DNA from: Octopus bimaculoides
Lineage: Eukaryota
NCBI RefSeq assembly: GCF_001194135.2
Contig: NC_069005.1
Span: 18,375,449-18,422,055 of the forward strand
Length of the DNA: 46,607 nucleotides
Reading direction: 5' to 3'
Positions 1 through 11,324 of the stretch are shown here, piece by piece. Positions within the stretch are counted from its first letter, which is position 1, and each line of letters starts with the position of its first letter. The position numbers and the translations under genes were made by a program. The notes under the pieces were generated by a model that made no database searches, was not told where the DNA came from, and was given only the letters and a program-made list of their open reading frames with translations.

Positions 1-371
1 ATATATATATATATATATATATACATATATATGTATATATATATATAATGCAAGAGAGTTAGTGGTTGAGGATTCAACCCACTAAGGGATAGTATCTATC
101 CAATATACTACTGGGAGGGTACCCAATTATTGTTACACTAGTGTTATACCAAGTGTAATAAGTGGGTGCGGGTAAAAGGGGGGTTACCCTAAATTTATAT
201 CGCAATTAGAAAATGGAGGATAATATGCTGTACCCAACGACTTGCAGACAGTGTATTCCGTTGAATTAATTAACTTATTTTGTAACTAAAATGACAAGAA
301 ACCACAAAATACAAATATTTATGACAAACCATGTTATAATGACAATCGGGTTTACAAATAAAAGTACATTA

Positions 372-532
372 GGAATTTGAGAATAAACATTAACTTACAG
401 TTGTTTCGGCCTAGCGTTGGCATGCCCCATTCTATCCGAATAGCTCCTGCCGGAGTAATTAGCGGATGAAATGCTGAAATGGGGGTACATGCACGATTCG
501 CTAGGCTTCTTCAGAGATTCACAAAAAATTCC
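372..532 (-). ncRNA. Type I hammerhead ribozyme with very long stem II (Penelope pLTR/retrozyme-like)
   Basis: Minus strand reads GAAUCU-CUGAAGA (514-508)-AGCCUAGCG...CGCUAGGCC-GAAAC (407-403)-AACU-GUA^AG. Stem II has 8 bp plus an A.C at its base and continues with GCAUG/CAUGC, CCCCAUU/AAUGGGG, AUCCG/CGGAU and CUCC/GGAG. Distal stem I is GGAAUU..UUUGUGAAU / AUUCUCAAAUUCC. Predicted cleavage lies between 396 and 395. Confidence 0.8.
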
Positions 533-1833
533 ATACAAATATACAGTAAGAAATAAAAACAAAAATGAAATAGAAATAAAAATACGAATAAAAATAAAAA
601 TAAGGGTACAGCAAGAATAAAATAAATAAATAAATAAATAAATAAATAAATGAAAAATGAAAATATAAAATATAAAAATATAACAATATAAAAATATAAA
701 AATATAAGGCACATTAGTTGAATGTATCTACTATACATAGAATACTTCTTAGCGTGTATATATACATAAGGATAGTTATTTATTATTATTATTTTTATCT
801 GCATATAGACTTCTTAAAAGTCTATTCAGTAACTCCTCTAATCCTTGTATTGGTATATACACTCCATCTATACACGTGTATAGTAGAATGAAGGGATGTG
901 TGCTTGTGTACGTATATGTGTATATACATATATGTACGCGTGTGTATGGATATGGAGATATATACATAGCACGCGTGTGGGGGGGGGTACGTATGCATGC
1001 GCGCCCTTGCCTCTTGACCGGTTGGTGTCTATCCAACCGTAGCTAAGCCTAGATAGTTTTAAACAATAGTTGTCCAATTGGATGGGAGGAATTAACTGTA
1101 GAAATTAACCCTCCCCAAATAGCAGCAGAACCTCTTACCCGCTGGAAGAAGTAACAGGATATCCTACGCAGAAAAATAACGAGGCACCTCACCGCAAAGT
1201 TAGAAAGTTGGCATAGTATTATTATTGTTGTTGGTGTTATCATCATCATCATCATCATTCTCACTATTATTGCTACTATTAGAATATTAATAACTCCTCT
1301 GAAATGAACTTCCACATAAACCCATCCGAAATATACAGAACTGACACGCACACACTCAGCAAATTTTTTTAAAAACATAAACAGCCTTCAAAACACAGCG
1401 GATAGCGTCGGTAGCAGGGACCATGTACGTAGGAGAATGCCTGTGTATACATATTTGTATATGTATACGTATGTGTGAGGGGATAGAAGCATATATACAC
1501 ACATGTGTACTCACATATATATATGGTCTTGAATCATTGAACATCTAAGTATGGGTTATGCACACAGTCAAGGACTTATATATTGGAGTGTCTATAACTA
1601 TTTGTATGACCTCATGTACTGTTTGTAGGCTTTTTATGTGCCTTATATTTTCATATTTTTATATTGTTATATATTCATTTTTCATTTATTTATTTATTTA
1701 TTTATTTATTTTATTCTTGCTGTACCCTTATTTTTTTTTTTATTCTTATTCTTATTTCTATTTCATTTTTGTTTTTATCTCTTACTGTATATTTCTATGG
1801 AATTTTTTGTGAATCTCTGAAGAGGCCTAGCGA
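498..1833. repeat. Long inverted repeat (arms 498-714 and 1636-1833) around a ~920 bp spacer
   Basis: 498-714 is the reverse complement of 1636-1833 apart from a few substitutions and indels in AT-rich tracts. Mirror-image ORFs MPYIFIFLYCYIF.. appear on opposite strands (395..712 - and 1638..1820 +). The right arm ends just after CTGAAGA-GGCCTAGCG. Confidence 0.92.
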
Positions 1834-2746
1834 TCAATCTCAAACCATCTGAATTATTTTATGAAGTTTTAGTCAATCGCCTTTCCCGCTTTCAACTTGT
1901 GTATATGTGANNNNNNNNNNNNNNNNNNNNNNNNNNNNNNNNNNNNNNNNNNNNNNNNNNNNNNNNNNNNNNNNNNNNNNNNNNNNNNNNNNNNNNNNNN
2001 NNNNNNNNNNNNNNNNNNNNNNNNNNNNNNNNNNNNNNNNNNNNNNNNNNNNNNNNNNNNNNNNNNNNNNNNNNNNNNNNNNNNNNNNNNNNNNNNNNNN
2101 NNNNNNNNNNNNNNNNNNNNNNNNNNNNNNNNNNNNNNNNNNNNNNNNNNNNNNNNNNNNNNNNNNNNNNNNNNNNNNNNNNNNNNNNNNTGTGTGTGTG
2201 TGTGTGTGTGTGTGTATTATAATTTAGAATAAACAGATAAAAGTTATCATTATAGCACTCCGAGTTTCGAATGTCGGAGAGAAGAGCTTCGATGCATTCT
2301 CGTCGGCTATTAATGGAAATAGACGCTATGAAAAACCGTTGAATAAAAGGGAAGTTACTCTAAAAGGTAGAAAAAAGAAGAAAAGAAAAAAGAGAAAAGA
2401 TAATGCAGCCATATTCTCACAATACATAAAACCTCCCGTGTTCATAACGTCTACATACGTAGACAGTCACACAAACATGGATACATACATGCACATACAA
2501 ACACACAAACATATATGTGTATGTACGTACTCATGCGTATACACATATCCATACACATGCGCAAACATGTATATATATATATATATATACGCAACACCAT
2601 CCTCGTATACACATAGTTTAGAGGCATACACGTAACAATACATTTATACTTAGACATTTATACATATAAATATACCTATATATATATACAGACATATCCA
2701 TACATATACACAAGATATATATATATAAATATATATATGTACGTGT

Positions 2747-2980
2747 ATAATAATAATAAATGGAGCAAAACGCATATAAATAAAAGTTCCTTTAATTCCG
2801 ACATATGTTTCAAAATATATGTGCACTCTACTTCTATATGTTGGTTCCCTGACGATGAATATATGTGCAATTCCATCAGCTCTTACTTCTTTGGAGTAGG
2901 GTGCACATATATTTTGAAACATATGTAGGAATTAAAGGAACTTTTATTTATATGCGTTTTGCTCCATTTATTATTATTAT
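2747..2980. mobile_element. Fold-back element with 86 bp arms carrying a hammerhead ribozyme
   Basis: Arms 2747-2832 and 2895-2980 are reverse complements with 2 mismatches in 86 bp and a 62 bp spacer. Both outer ends run into (TAA)/(TTA) repeats. Confidence 0.9.
2841..2935 (+). ncRNA. Minimal type I hammerhead ribozyme with palindromic stem III loop
   Basis: UUGGUUCC-CUGACGA (2849-2855)-UGAAUAUAUGUGCA...UGCACAUAUAUUUU-GAAAC (2916-2920)-AUAU-GUA^GGAAUUAA. Stem I is 8 bp (2 G.U), stem II is 13 bp with a U.U at the base, and ACAUAUGU is a palindrome. Confidence 0.85.
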
Positions 2981-4015
2981 TCATGTCTACTCAAAATGCA
3001 TCACTTTAACTTGGTATCTCTAACTACAAAACGGGTGTGATATCCTTGNNNNNNNNNNNNNNNNNNNNNNNNNNNNNNNNNNNNNNNNNNNNNNNNNNNN
3101 NNNNNNNNNNNNNNNNNNNNNNNNNNNNNNNNNNNNNNNNNNNNNNNNNNNNNNNNNNNNNNNNNNNNNNNNNNNNNNNNNNNNNNNNNNNNNNNNNNNN
3201 NNNNNNNNNNNNNNNNNNNNNNNNNNNNNNNNNNNNNNNNNNNNNNNNNNNNNNNNNNNNNNNNNNNNNNNNNNNNNNNNNNNNNNNNNNNNNNNNNNNN
3301 NNNNNNNNNNNNNNNNNNNNNNNNNNNNNNNNNNNNNNNNNNNNNNNNNNNNNNNNNNNNNNNNNNNNNNNNNNNNNNNNNNNNNNNNNNNNNNNNNNNN
3401 NNNNNNNNNNNNNNNNNNNNNNNNNNNNNNNNNNNNNNNNNNNNNNNNNNNNNNNNNNNNNNNNNNNNNNNNNNNNNNNNNNNNNNNNNNNNNNNNNNNN
3501 NNNNNNNNNNNNNNNNNNNNNNNNNNNNNNNNNNNNNNNNNNNNNNNNNNNNNNNNNNNNNNNNNNNNNNNNNNNNNNNNNNNNNNNNNNNNNNTATATA
3601 TATATATATATATATGCGTGTATATATACATACATATATATGTATAGATATATATACATATATTCAGATATATACACATATATGTACACACACACATATA
3701 TATATACATATACCACCTCCTATCACATAACTACACCCGCACGCATACAAACATATGCGTGAAAGTCGCACTTATTCACCGGACAGTCTTATACTCATAT
3801 ACATACATATACACATACACATATATACACAGGCACACACACATGCATATAACATATATACATACATATACATATATTCACACACGTTCACATTTACAGA
3901 AAAAGGAAAAAGGAAAAAATGGATATATATATAAAATAAAAATTTTAAAAATAAAAGACGTTAAGATATATGGGAAGCTTGTACAGGAAAATAGTAAAAA
4001 TATGAATTCTAGCCG

Positions 4016-4372
4016 TTATCGTCGGTGGAGTGGGGCCAAAACCATAACAGATATTTTGTTTGTCACATGTGGACGTGATCTAAAATTTTCAGTCCTTGAA
4101 TTTAGACATGTAGCAGGGTCCCAGGAACTTTTCCAGGTGAGCCATGTTTCCATATTACAAAGATCACGCTTGCTACTGCCGTTGGTATAAGGTTTACACT
4201 TGGCTAAGAACTTCCAGTAAATCTTGTAGTTGACACCTTGTTCTTTTAGGAACCATATATTGCTGGATAATTTGATAGTTTTTCGTTTATTCCAGTATCT
4301 GAAGTTTAAGGTGTGATTGTTGAATCTTGCATTGAAATTTCCCTCTTTGAGACCCACATATCTCTTGGAAGA
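4016..4372 (-). mobile_element. Penelope-like element, GIY-YIG endonuclease C-terminal remnant
   Basis: Minus-strand translation RYVGLKEGNFNARFNNHTLNFR...KLSSNIWFLKEQGVNYKIYWKFLAKCKPY...DLCNME...LNSRTE..RPH matches the PLE GIY-YIG pattern (YIG..F..R...H..SF; LS..IW.LK; CxLC..E; LN.R.E..C.H). Truncated by a microsatellite and gap. Confidence 0.85.
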
Positions 4373-4390
4373 AACCGTGTTATTTATGTG

Positions 4391-4443
<53 letters not shown>

Positions 4444-4887
4444 NNNNNNNNNNNNNNNNNNNNNNNNNNNNNNNNNNNNNNNNNNNNNNNNNNNNNNNNN
4501 NNNNNNNNNNNNNNNNNNNNNNNNNNNNNNNNNNNNNNNNNNNNNNNNNNNNNNNNNNNNNNNNNNNNNNNNNNNNNNNNNNNNNNNNNNNNNNNNNNNN
4601 NNNNNNNNNNNNNNNNNNNNNNNNNNNNNNNNNNNNNNNNNNNNNNNNNNNNNNNNNNNNNNNNNNNNNNNNNNNNNNNNNNNNNNNNNNNNNNNNNNNN
4701 NNNNNNNNNNNNNNNNNNNNNNNNNNNNNNNNNNNNNNNNNNNNNNNNNNNNNNNNNNNNNNNNNNNNNNNNNNNNNNNNNNNNNNNNNNNNNNNNNNNN
4801 NNNNNNNNNNNNNNNNNNNNNNNNNNNNNNNNNNNNNNNNNNNNNNNNNNNNNNNNNNNNNNNNNNNNNNNNNNNNNNNNNNNNNNN

Positions 4888-4931
<44 letters not shown>

Positions 4932-5281
4932 GGTGAGAGACAGAAAGAGAGAGGACGACAATGTCAAGTTGTTGAAAATTAAAGTTAAAGACAGTAAATC
5001 ACCGATTCTACCTCTGTCCCCAAGTGTGCCGGGTGGATGAGATAACTTCTAGACCGAAGTGCTGTTTATATTGGAGATATCGATGATGATCACTTCAAAG
5101 AGAAATTAGGTATTTGGTGAGATCCACAACTAGTTTGAGCGATCGATGGATCGATAGAGGGATCAATATCGATAGCTACTTATATATGTTGATAAATTCA
5201 TATGCACACACTATATAAATATTCTCTTTCTTTCCCTATATATATATATATATATATATATCTGTGTGTGTGTGTGTGTGT

Positions 5282-5315
<34 letters not shown>

Positions 5316-6959
5316 TGATTGATTGATATCCATGAAGTGAGTTAAGGGGAATGTCACATAGATTGGATAGAGACTGAAAAAGTAAGTTTGGTGAACGAGA
5401 GAGAGGATAAGAGAAAGAGAGGAGAGGAGAGAGAGAGAGACAGAGAGTGAAAGACACAGAGATGGAGGAGAGAGAGAATGAGAGAGTGATTGAAAGAGAG
5501 ATACAGAGAGTGGGAGAGAGAGTGAGTAAGTCAGGGAGAGAAAGAGTGAGACTGAGAGAGAGAAGAGTTAAACCAAAGTAAAATTGGTGTGTGCTTAATA
5601 TGATGACGTCTATATATAGGAACTGTTTCTGCTAGAAGCATTATCCAATAACTCCTGTTAACAAACATTAAAACAGCTCCCTCTAGCAGATAATTAAACA
5701 AACAATGGCCAAGAAGCAACATGGCGGCCGTCCTTTAACGTAGTTGCCGTTTCGAATTAAGATGACGGCAACGGATGTTTTTCTGTTAATTACAGCAAAT
5801 CTATTTCACAAGCTTCCTATGGAGTGCGTGTGGCTGTAGGTTTGCGTGGATGTCTATAAGCATATATATATATATATATATANNNNNNNNNNNNNNNNNN
5901 NNNNNNNNNNNNNNNNNNNNNNNNNNNNNNNNNNNNNNNNNNNNNNNNNNNNNNNNNNNNNNNNNNNNNNNNNNNNNNNNNNNNNNNNNNNNNNNNNNNN
6001 NNNNNNNNNNNNNNNNNNNNNNNNNNNNNNNNNNNNNNNNNNNNNNNNNNNNNNNNNNNNNNNNNNNNNNNNNNNNNNNNNNNNNNNNNNNNNNNNNNNN
6101 NNNNNNNNNNNNNNNNNNNNNNNNNNNNNNNNNNNNNNNNNNNNNNNNNNNNNNNNNNNNNNNNNNNNNNNNNNNNNNNNNNNNNNNNNNNNNNNNNNNN
6201 NNNNNNNNNNNNNNNNNNNNNNNNNNNNNNNNNNNNNNNNNNNNNNNNNNNNNNNNNNNNNNNNNNNNNNNNNNNNNNNNNNNNNNNNNNNNNNNNNNNN
6301 NNNNNNNNNNNNNNNNNNNNNNNNNNNNNNNNNNNNNNNNNNNNNNNNNNNNNNNNNNNNNNNNNNNNNNNNNNNNNNNNNNNNNNNNNNNNNNNNNNNN
6401 NNNNNNNNNNNNNNNNNNNNNNNNNNNNNNNNNNNNNNNNNNNNNNNNNNNNNNNNNNNNNNNNNNNNNNNNNNNNNNNNNNTGGTGGTAGTAGTGGCGG
6501 TAGGTGGCTTGGGCTTTATGGTGGTGTTGCTGCTACTGATAGTGGTGGTGGTGATGATGATGGTGACAATGTTGACGATGGTGATGATAATGGTGCTAGT
6601 GGTGATGGGTGGGTGGGTGACGACGGTGATGGTGATGATGATGTTCGTGGTGGTGAGAGATGATAGTGGTGGCGGTGGTGGTGACGGTGATAGTGATGAC
6701 GGTGGTCATGACGGTTATGGTGGTGGCGAGGATAGTAGTAAAAGTGATGACGNNNNNNNNNNNNNNNNNNNNNNNNNNNNNNNNNNNNNNNNNNNNNNNN
6801 NNNNNNNNNNNNNGTGGTGATGGTGGCGGTGGTGGTGGCGGTGGCGGTGGTGGCGGTGCTGCTGCTACTGCTGGTAGCAGTAGATTGCGACCGGTGGTAT
6901 TATGTGTAACAATGTAAACTGAGATATTTGAGGTGGTATTTGTGGTGATGATTCTGTCA

Positions 6960-6995
<36 letters not shown>

Positions 6996-7037
6996 TTAAA
7001 TGAATCACAAGAGAACAGGAATTATTTAATAAACGCC

Positions 7038-7465
7038 ATTAGCTTACAGTTGTTTCTGCAAATAAGAAGCAATGCAATGATAGTTGAGTGCTTCTGCATC
7101 ATCTTATATCTTCCTGAGAGATTTTAAAATGAAGTACAAGTTTATTTGGGAAAGCAAAGTCGAAAAGTAAAACAATCCATACGAAATGGAGTAAAGAGTT
7201 GGAGGCTAAAATCCATTCCCAGAAACATGTAGATTTAGCTAATTTTGAGGGTATATATATATGTATATACAGAGGCGTATAATAAATCAATATATAACTA
7301 TCTATTCCTACGAATACACACACAAAAAATACACAGAATAAGTATGTAAATACATATTGAAAGATTGTACATATGACTGGCCATAAGAACCCTGGCAGAA
7401 AATGATGCACAAACACTCAATTCTAAACGCACTTCATCTCATAGCAGAAACAGCTGTAAGCCAAT
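7038..7465. repeat. Diverged inverted pair of degenerate hammerhead-like motifs (7038-7105 minus, 7400-7465 plus)
   Basis: ATGATGCAGAAGCACTCAACT vs ATGATGCACAAACACTCAATT (18/21) and GCAGAAACAACTGTAAGCTAAT vs GCAGAAACAGCTGTAAGCCAAT (20/22). Both retain GAAAC-N4-GUA, but the CUGA half-core is mutated. Confidence 0.6.
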
Positions 7466-7716
7466 AAAGTTCATGGCATAACTTGCTGTTTTTCTCTCAT
7501 TTGTTTAATTTCATATTACGCGCTGTACTTGACTAAAGTTTTATTCTAGAGCAAATGTATATTGTGATCTAACCGTACGTTATTAGTATCGCTATGCCTA
7601 AGCGAAATGAGGCTTTAGTGGAAGGCTAGTTCTCACGCTCCCTGCCACTTCATGGTTACATGCTTCCTTACCCCACAAAGGGCTGGTGAGTTCTTGATAT
7701 GCCACTGCAGTCACCC

Positions 7717-8407
7717 CTGAAAAGTTCATAGGCTGAAAAAGTTCATAGGCGGTCTATGAAGGAATGATGCTAGAGCTTTGAAATAATGCATGAATTAATT
7801 TAAGCTCCTCTTATTAATAACTGCATTGTTTCTTTCTAGGAAAACAGAAAGAAGATTTCAAATGTAACAAGTAGAAGACTTCAAATGTTTGAGGCAGATC
7901 CAGCTGGTTTCCTTAAACGTTTTCTAACCCACGATGAGTTTTGGCTTCCTCACTTTGAGTCCGAGACAAAGACACAATCCATGCAGTGGAAACATCTCTC
8001 CTCACCTACTGTAAAAAAGGCCAAGGTTGTTTCGAATTGCACAGTAGGTGATGACCTCAGGTTTTGGAATGCAACAAGCATTGTGTTAACTGACAACTTC
8101 AACAGGACCATACCATCAATGGAGAGTGATATACCGATTTGCTGAAGCAGTTCTGAAAGGCTATCAAGACCAAATGCCGAAGAAAACTTGGCTGGGGACC
8201 CGTATCAAAGTGATGATGACATCATATCTGCTGACAAGCAGGATGAAAAATTCTTCAGCAATGAGATCCAAGCAGTGCAACACCGATGGAAGAAGTGTGT
8301 GGACTGGAAGGGGGTGGCGGACTATGTTGACAAAGTTCACTTTTGGTAACATTCCATGAGAGGAGAGTATCTCGGTCAGCCTATGAACTTTTCAGCCAAC
8401 CCTCGTA
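7717..8407 (+). mobile_element. Internally deleted mariner DNA transposon
   Basis: TIRs CTGAAAAGTTCATAGGCTG (7717-7735) and CAGCCTATGAACTTTTCAG (8377-8395). Translation FLKRFLTHDEFWLPHFESETKTQSMQWKHLSSPTVKKAKV is the mariner T.DE.W...E...QS.QW motif. Frameshifted. Confidence 0.9.
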
Positions 8408-8429
8408 ATATAATATATAATATATACAT

Positions 8430-8486
<57 letters not shown>

Positions 8487-8526
8487 NNNNNNNNNNNNNN
8501 NNNNNNNNNNNNNNNNNNNNNNNNNN

Positions 8527-8559
<33 letters not shown>

Positions 8560-8904
8560 TTTGTTTTTTGTGAACATTAAACTAAAGGATCACTGAAAAT
8601 TTTTTTTAGTGTAAATTGGTAAATTGATTAATTTGTCGAAGAAAAGGTATGATGAAGGCCTGGGAAGTCACTGTCAACCTTTTTGTCTGTAAAAATTATA
8701 TATTTGCACACGCGCGTACAAGCATATGCATGAATATGTGAGTGCTTCTACGTTAATATACATGTATACATACACACAAATGTATTTATACATCCATATA
8801 TATGCGTGTTTGTGTGTGTGTGCGTGTGTGTGCATTTAACTATACATATATATATATGCACACGTATATAACTACTTCTATGCATGTATTTATATAACTA
8901 CGTT

Positions 8905-8950
<46 letters not shown>

Positions 8951-9572
8951 TGATCCATTGGCGCTAAAGCTACCATACTGCTATTGTAATTTGATTCTAA
9001 GAATTTAAATGTATCCATTAAATCATTGCTATGGCACCAGCAGTCGGTTATAATTATGTCGAGCGTTGAACCAAAAGCATGCTTTCACAGAGACGAAAAT
9101 TTAATTTAGTTCTTTCAAATCTTGTTTCATTCGTTCGCCCTCCATTTTGTTTGCTCCTGGTTTTCTCAGTGCGTGGACAATACACTTCTAGAGCCTACAC
9201 GGGAGGCTCTAAGTTGTCGCTTAGTTTGCTGGAAATACCAGTTCCATGCCCCGGGAATTATGACTTTAAAAAATTATGTCTTTAAAAAAATAGTGTTACT
9301 ATATTGGCTTCTGTAGTTTTGGTGTATATTGTTTGTTTGATAAAAAAAAAAAAATTGTGAGTTGGTCATGGCTAGAAGGTTTTTCGTAATAAAGATTTTC
9401 GGAATGAGACAGCTGGGTGCGACTGTTTTGACGCTGACGATATGGCATCGCAGATTCGACACTGACATAGCAGTAGTTTTAATGGTTTTTTTTTTTTTTT
9501 CGTTTTTCTTCACATCTCTCTCTCTCTCTCCTGTTTGGGTGGGGGTGGACATCAAGCTGTAATAATAACAAT

Positions 9573-9788
9573 AATCCTTTGTACTATAAGCACAAGGAGT
9601 GAAATTCTTTTGGTGGGGTAGCGTTAGTTGATTAAGTCGACTCAAATGCTCAGCTAGTACTTGTTTCATCGATCCAGAAAGGATGAAAGAAGTTGACCTC
9701 CGCGGAATTTGAACTCAAAGCGAAAAGACGGATGAAATGCCACAAAGCATTGTGTCCGGCGTGCTAACGATTTTGTCAACTCGTTTCC

Positions 9789-9790
<2 letters not shown>
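9573..9790 (-). mobile_element. tRNA-derived SINE, family A
   Basis: Reverse complement matches the GAGCTGGCAGAAACGTTAG...GAGTTCAAATTCCGC..GAGGTCGACTTT..CCTTTCATCCTTTC core seen at 20240, 34392 and 35458; B-box GTTCAAATTCC present. Confidence 0.8.
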
Positions 9791-9849
<59 letters not shown>

Positions 9850-9861
9850 TAAAATGCAGAA

Positions 9862-10090
9862 ATGAAACAAATGACCAATAGGCACTACACAAGAAGAACA
9901 AGAAAATTATTGCAGTCAAATTTGAACTCCAAAAATCTTATTGAAGCAATAAATTCAAGATCAGTACCCATAAGCAGATATGCAGTTGGAATTCTAGACT
10001 GGACCAAAAACGATAGAAAGAAACTTGACAGAAAAACTAGGAAGTTGTTGACAGTGTATGGAGCCCACCGTCCGAAAGCTGATATCAACC
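9862..10090 (+). mobile_element. R4/Dong-type LINE fragment (post-RT region)
   Basis: KLLQSNLNSKNLIEAINSRSVPISRYAVGILDWTKNDRKKLDRKTRKLLTVYGAHRPKADINRL; directly follows (TAA)n at 9791-9847; homologous to segments at ~21600 and ~42400. Confidence 0.85.
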
Positions 10091-10265
10091 GCTTGACAGC
10101 CGTATTGGTTTGTTTACATCCTCGTAACTTAGTGCTTCGGCAAAACAGACCGATAGAATAAATACCAGGTTTAAAACAAGTACTGGGGCTGATTCATCCG
10201 TCTAACATTTCTTCAGGGCTGTGCTCCAGCATGGGCGCAGTCCAATGACTGAAATATGTAAAAGT
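10090..10265 (+). mobile_element. SINE family B, 3' half
   Basis: CGCTTGACA..GTAACTTAG..TTCGGCAAAACAGACCGATAGAATAA..CTCCAGCATGG..CAGTC.AATGACTGAAA, as in 36930-37100. Confidence 0.8.
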
Positions 10266-10329
10266 CCTTAGCGAATACGGATACTAATACCACTAAACCC
10301 ACAACTAAAGCACCATAGCAACCACCATC

Positions 10330-10481
10330 ACGTCCGCCAACAACACCTTCAGTTCAACTTCCACACCACCACCACCATCACCAGCAACAACAACAACAAC
10401 ACTATCACCACCACTACCACCACCATTTCAACTACGATCAGTACCATCTTTACGTAAGCATGCAACACCACCACCACCACC

Positions 10482-10542
<61 letters not shown>

Positions 10543-11149
10543 CCACCACTTCCNNNNNNNNNNATCATTTAGAGTCAGCACCATCGCCACGTCCAGACCA
10601 TGCAACACTTCCACCACCACCCTCACTACCCTCCATGCATCTTCTCTCGGCCATCTCACTAATACACCCCCACCGTTCCCAACACCATCTCCGTCATTCT
10701 TGAAAGATTATTCTGTGCAGATCTAATAATTATTATGATTACACAGAAACAATTTCCATTGGTTACTGTAATGGAAGGAGAAATGGCTGCCGGGGTGGCC
10801 ATGGTTGGACATGGAAATTACTCATTTAACTCACTTCCTCACCTTCGCTACTGTCATCGACATCGTCTACATCATCATCACAACCATCATCATCGTCACC
10901 ATGATGATGATGCTCATCATCATCATCATCATCGCCACCACCACCACCACCACCAACACTGTTACCATCACCATCACCACCATCATCGTCCTCTTCATTA
11001 CCATCGCCACTTCCACCAACTCCCAATACCATTGCCATCACCATCATCACAGCCACCATAATCATCACCACCATCTCCACCACAAGCATCACATTCGTTA
11101 CCAACAGCAGCACCGACACCAACATCACATCCTTTTAGAATTAGAAATC

Positions 11150-11181
<32 letters not shown>

Positions 11182-11225
11182 GTGTTTTGATAATAATTAC
11201 GACAACCATGCTGTCGACGATATCG

Positions 11226-11324
<99 letters not shown>
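10330..11324. repeat. Compound trinucleotide low-complexity tract (CAC/CAT/AAC then TAA/ATT)
   Basis: Direct reading; source of the poly-H/poly-Y pseudo-ORFs. Confidence 0.95.

Noticed and set aside
9434-9475. CTGACGA followed by a TATG/CATA stem
   Set aside because: Followed by GCAG rather than GAAA, with no stem I or III; not a hammerhead.
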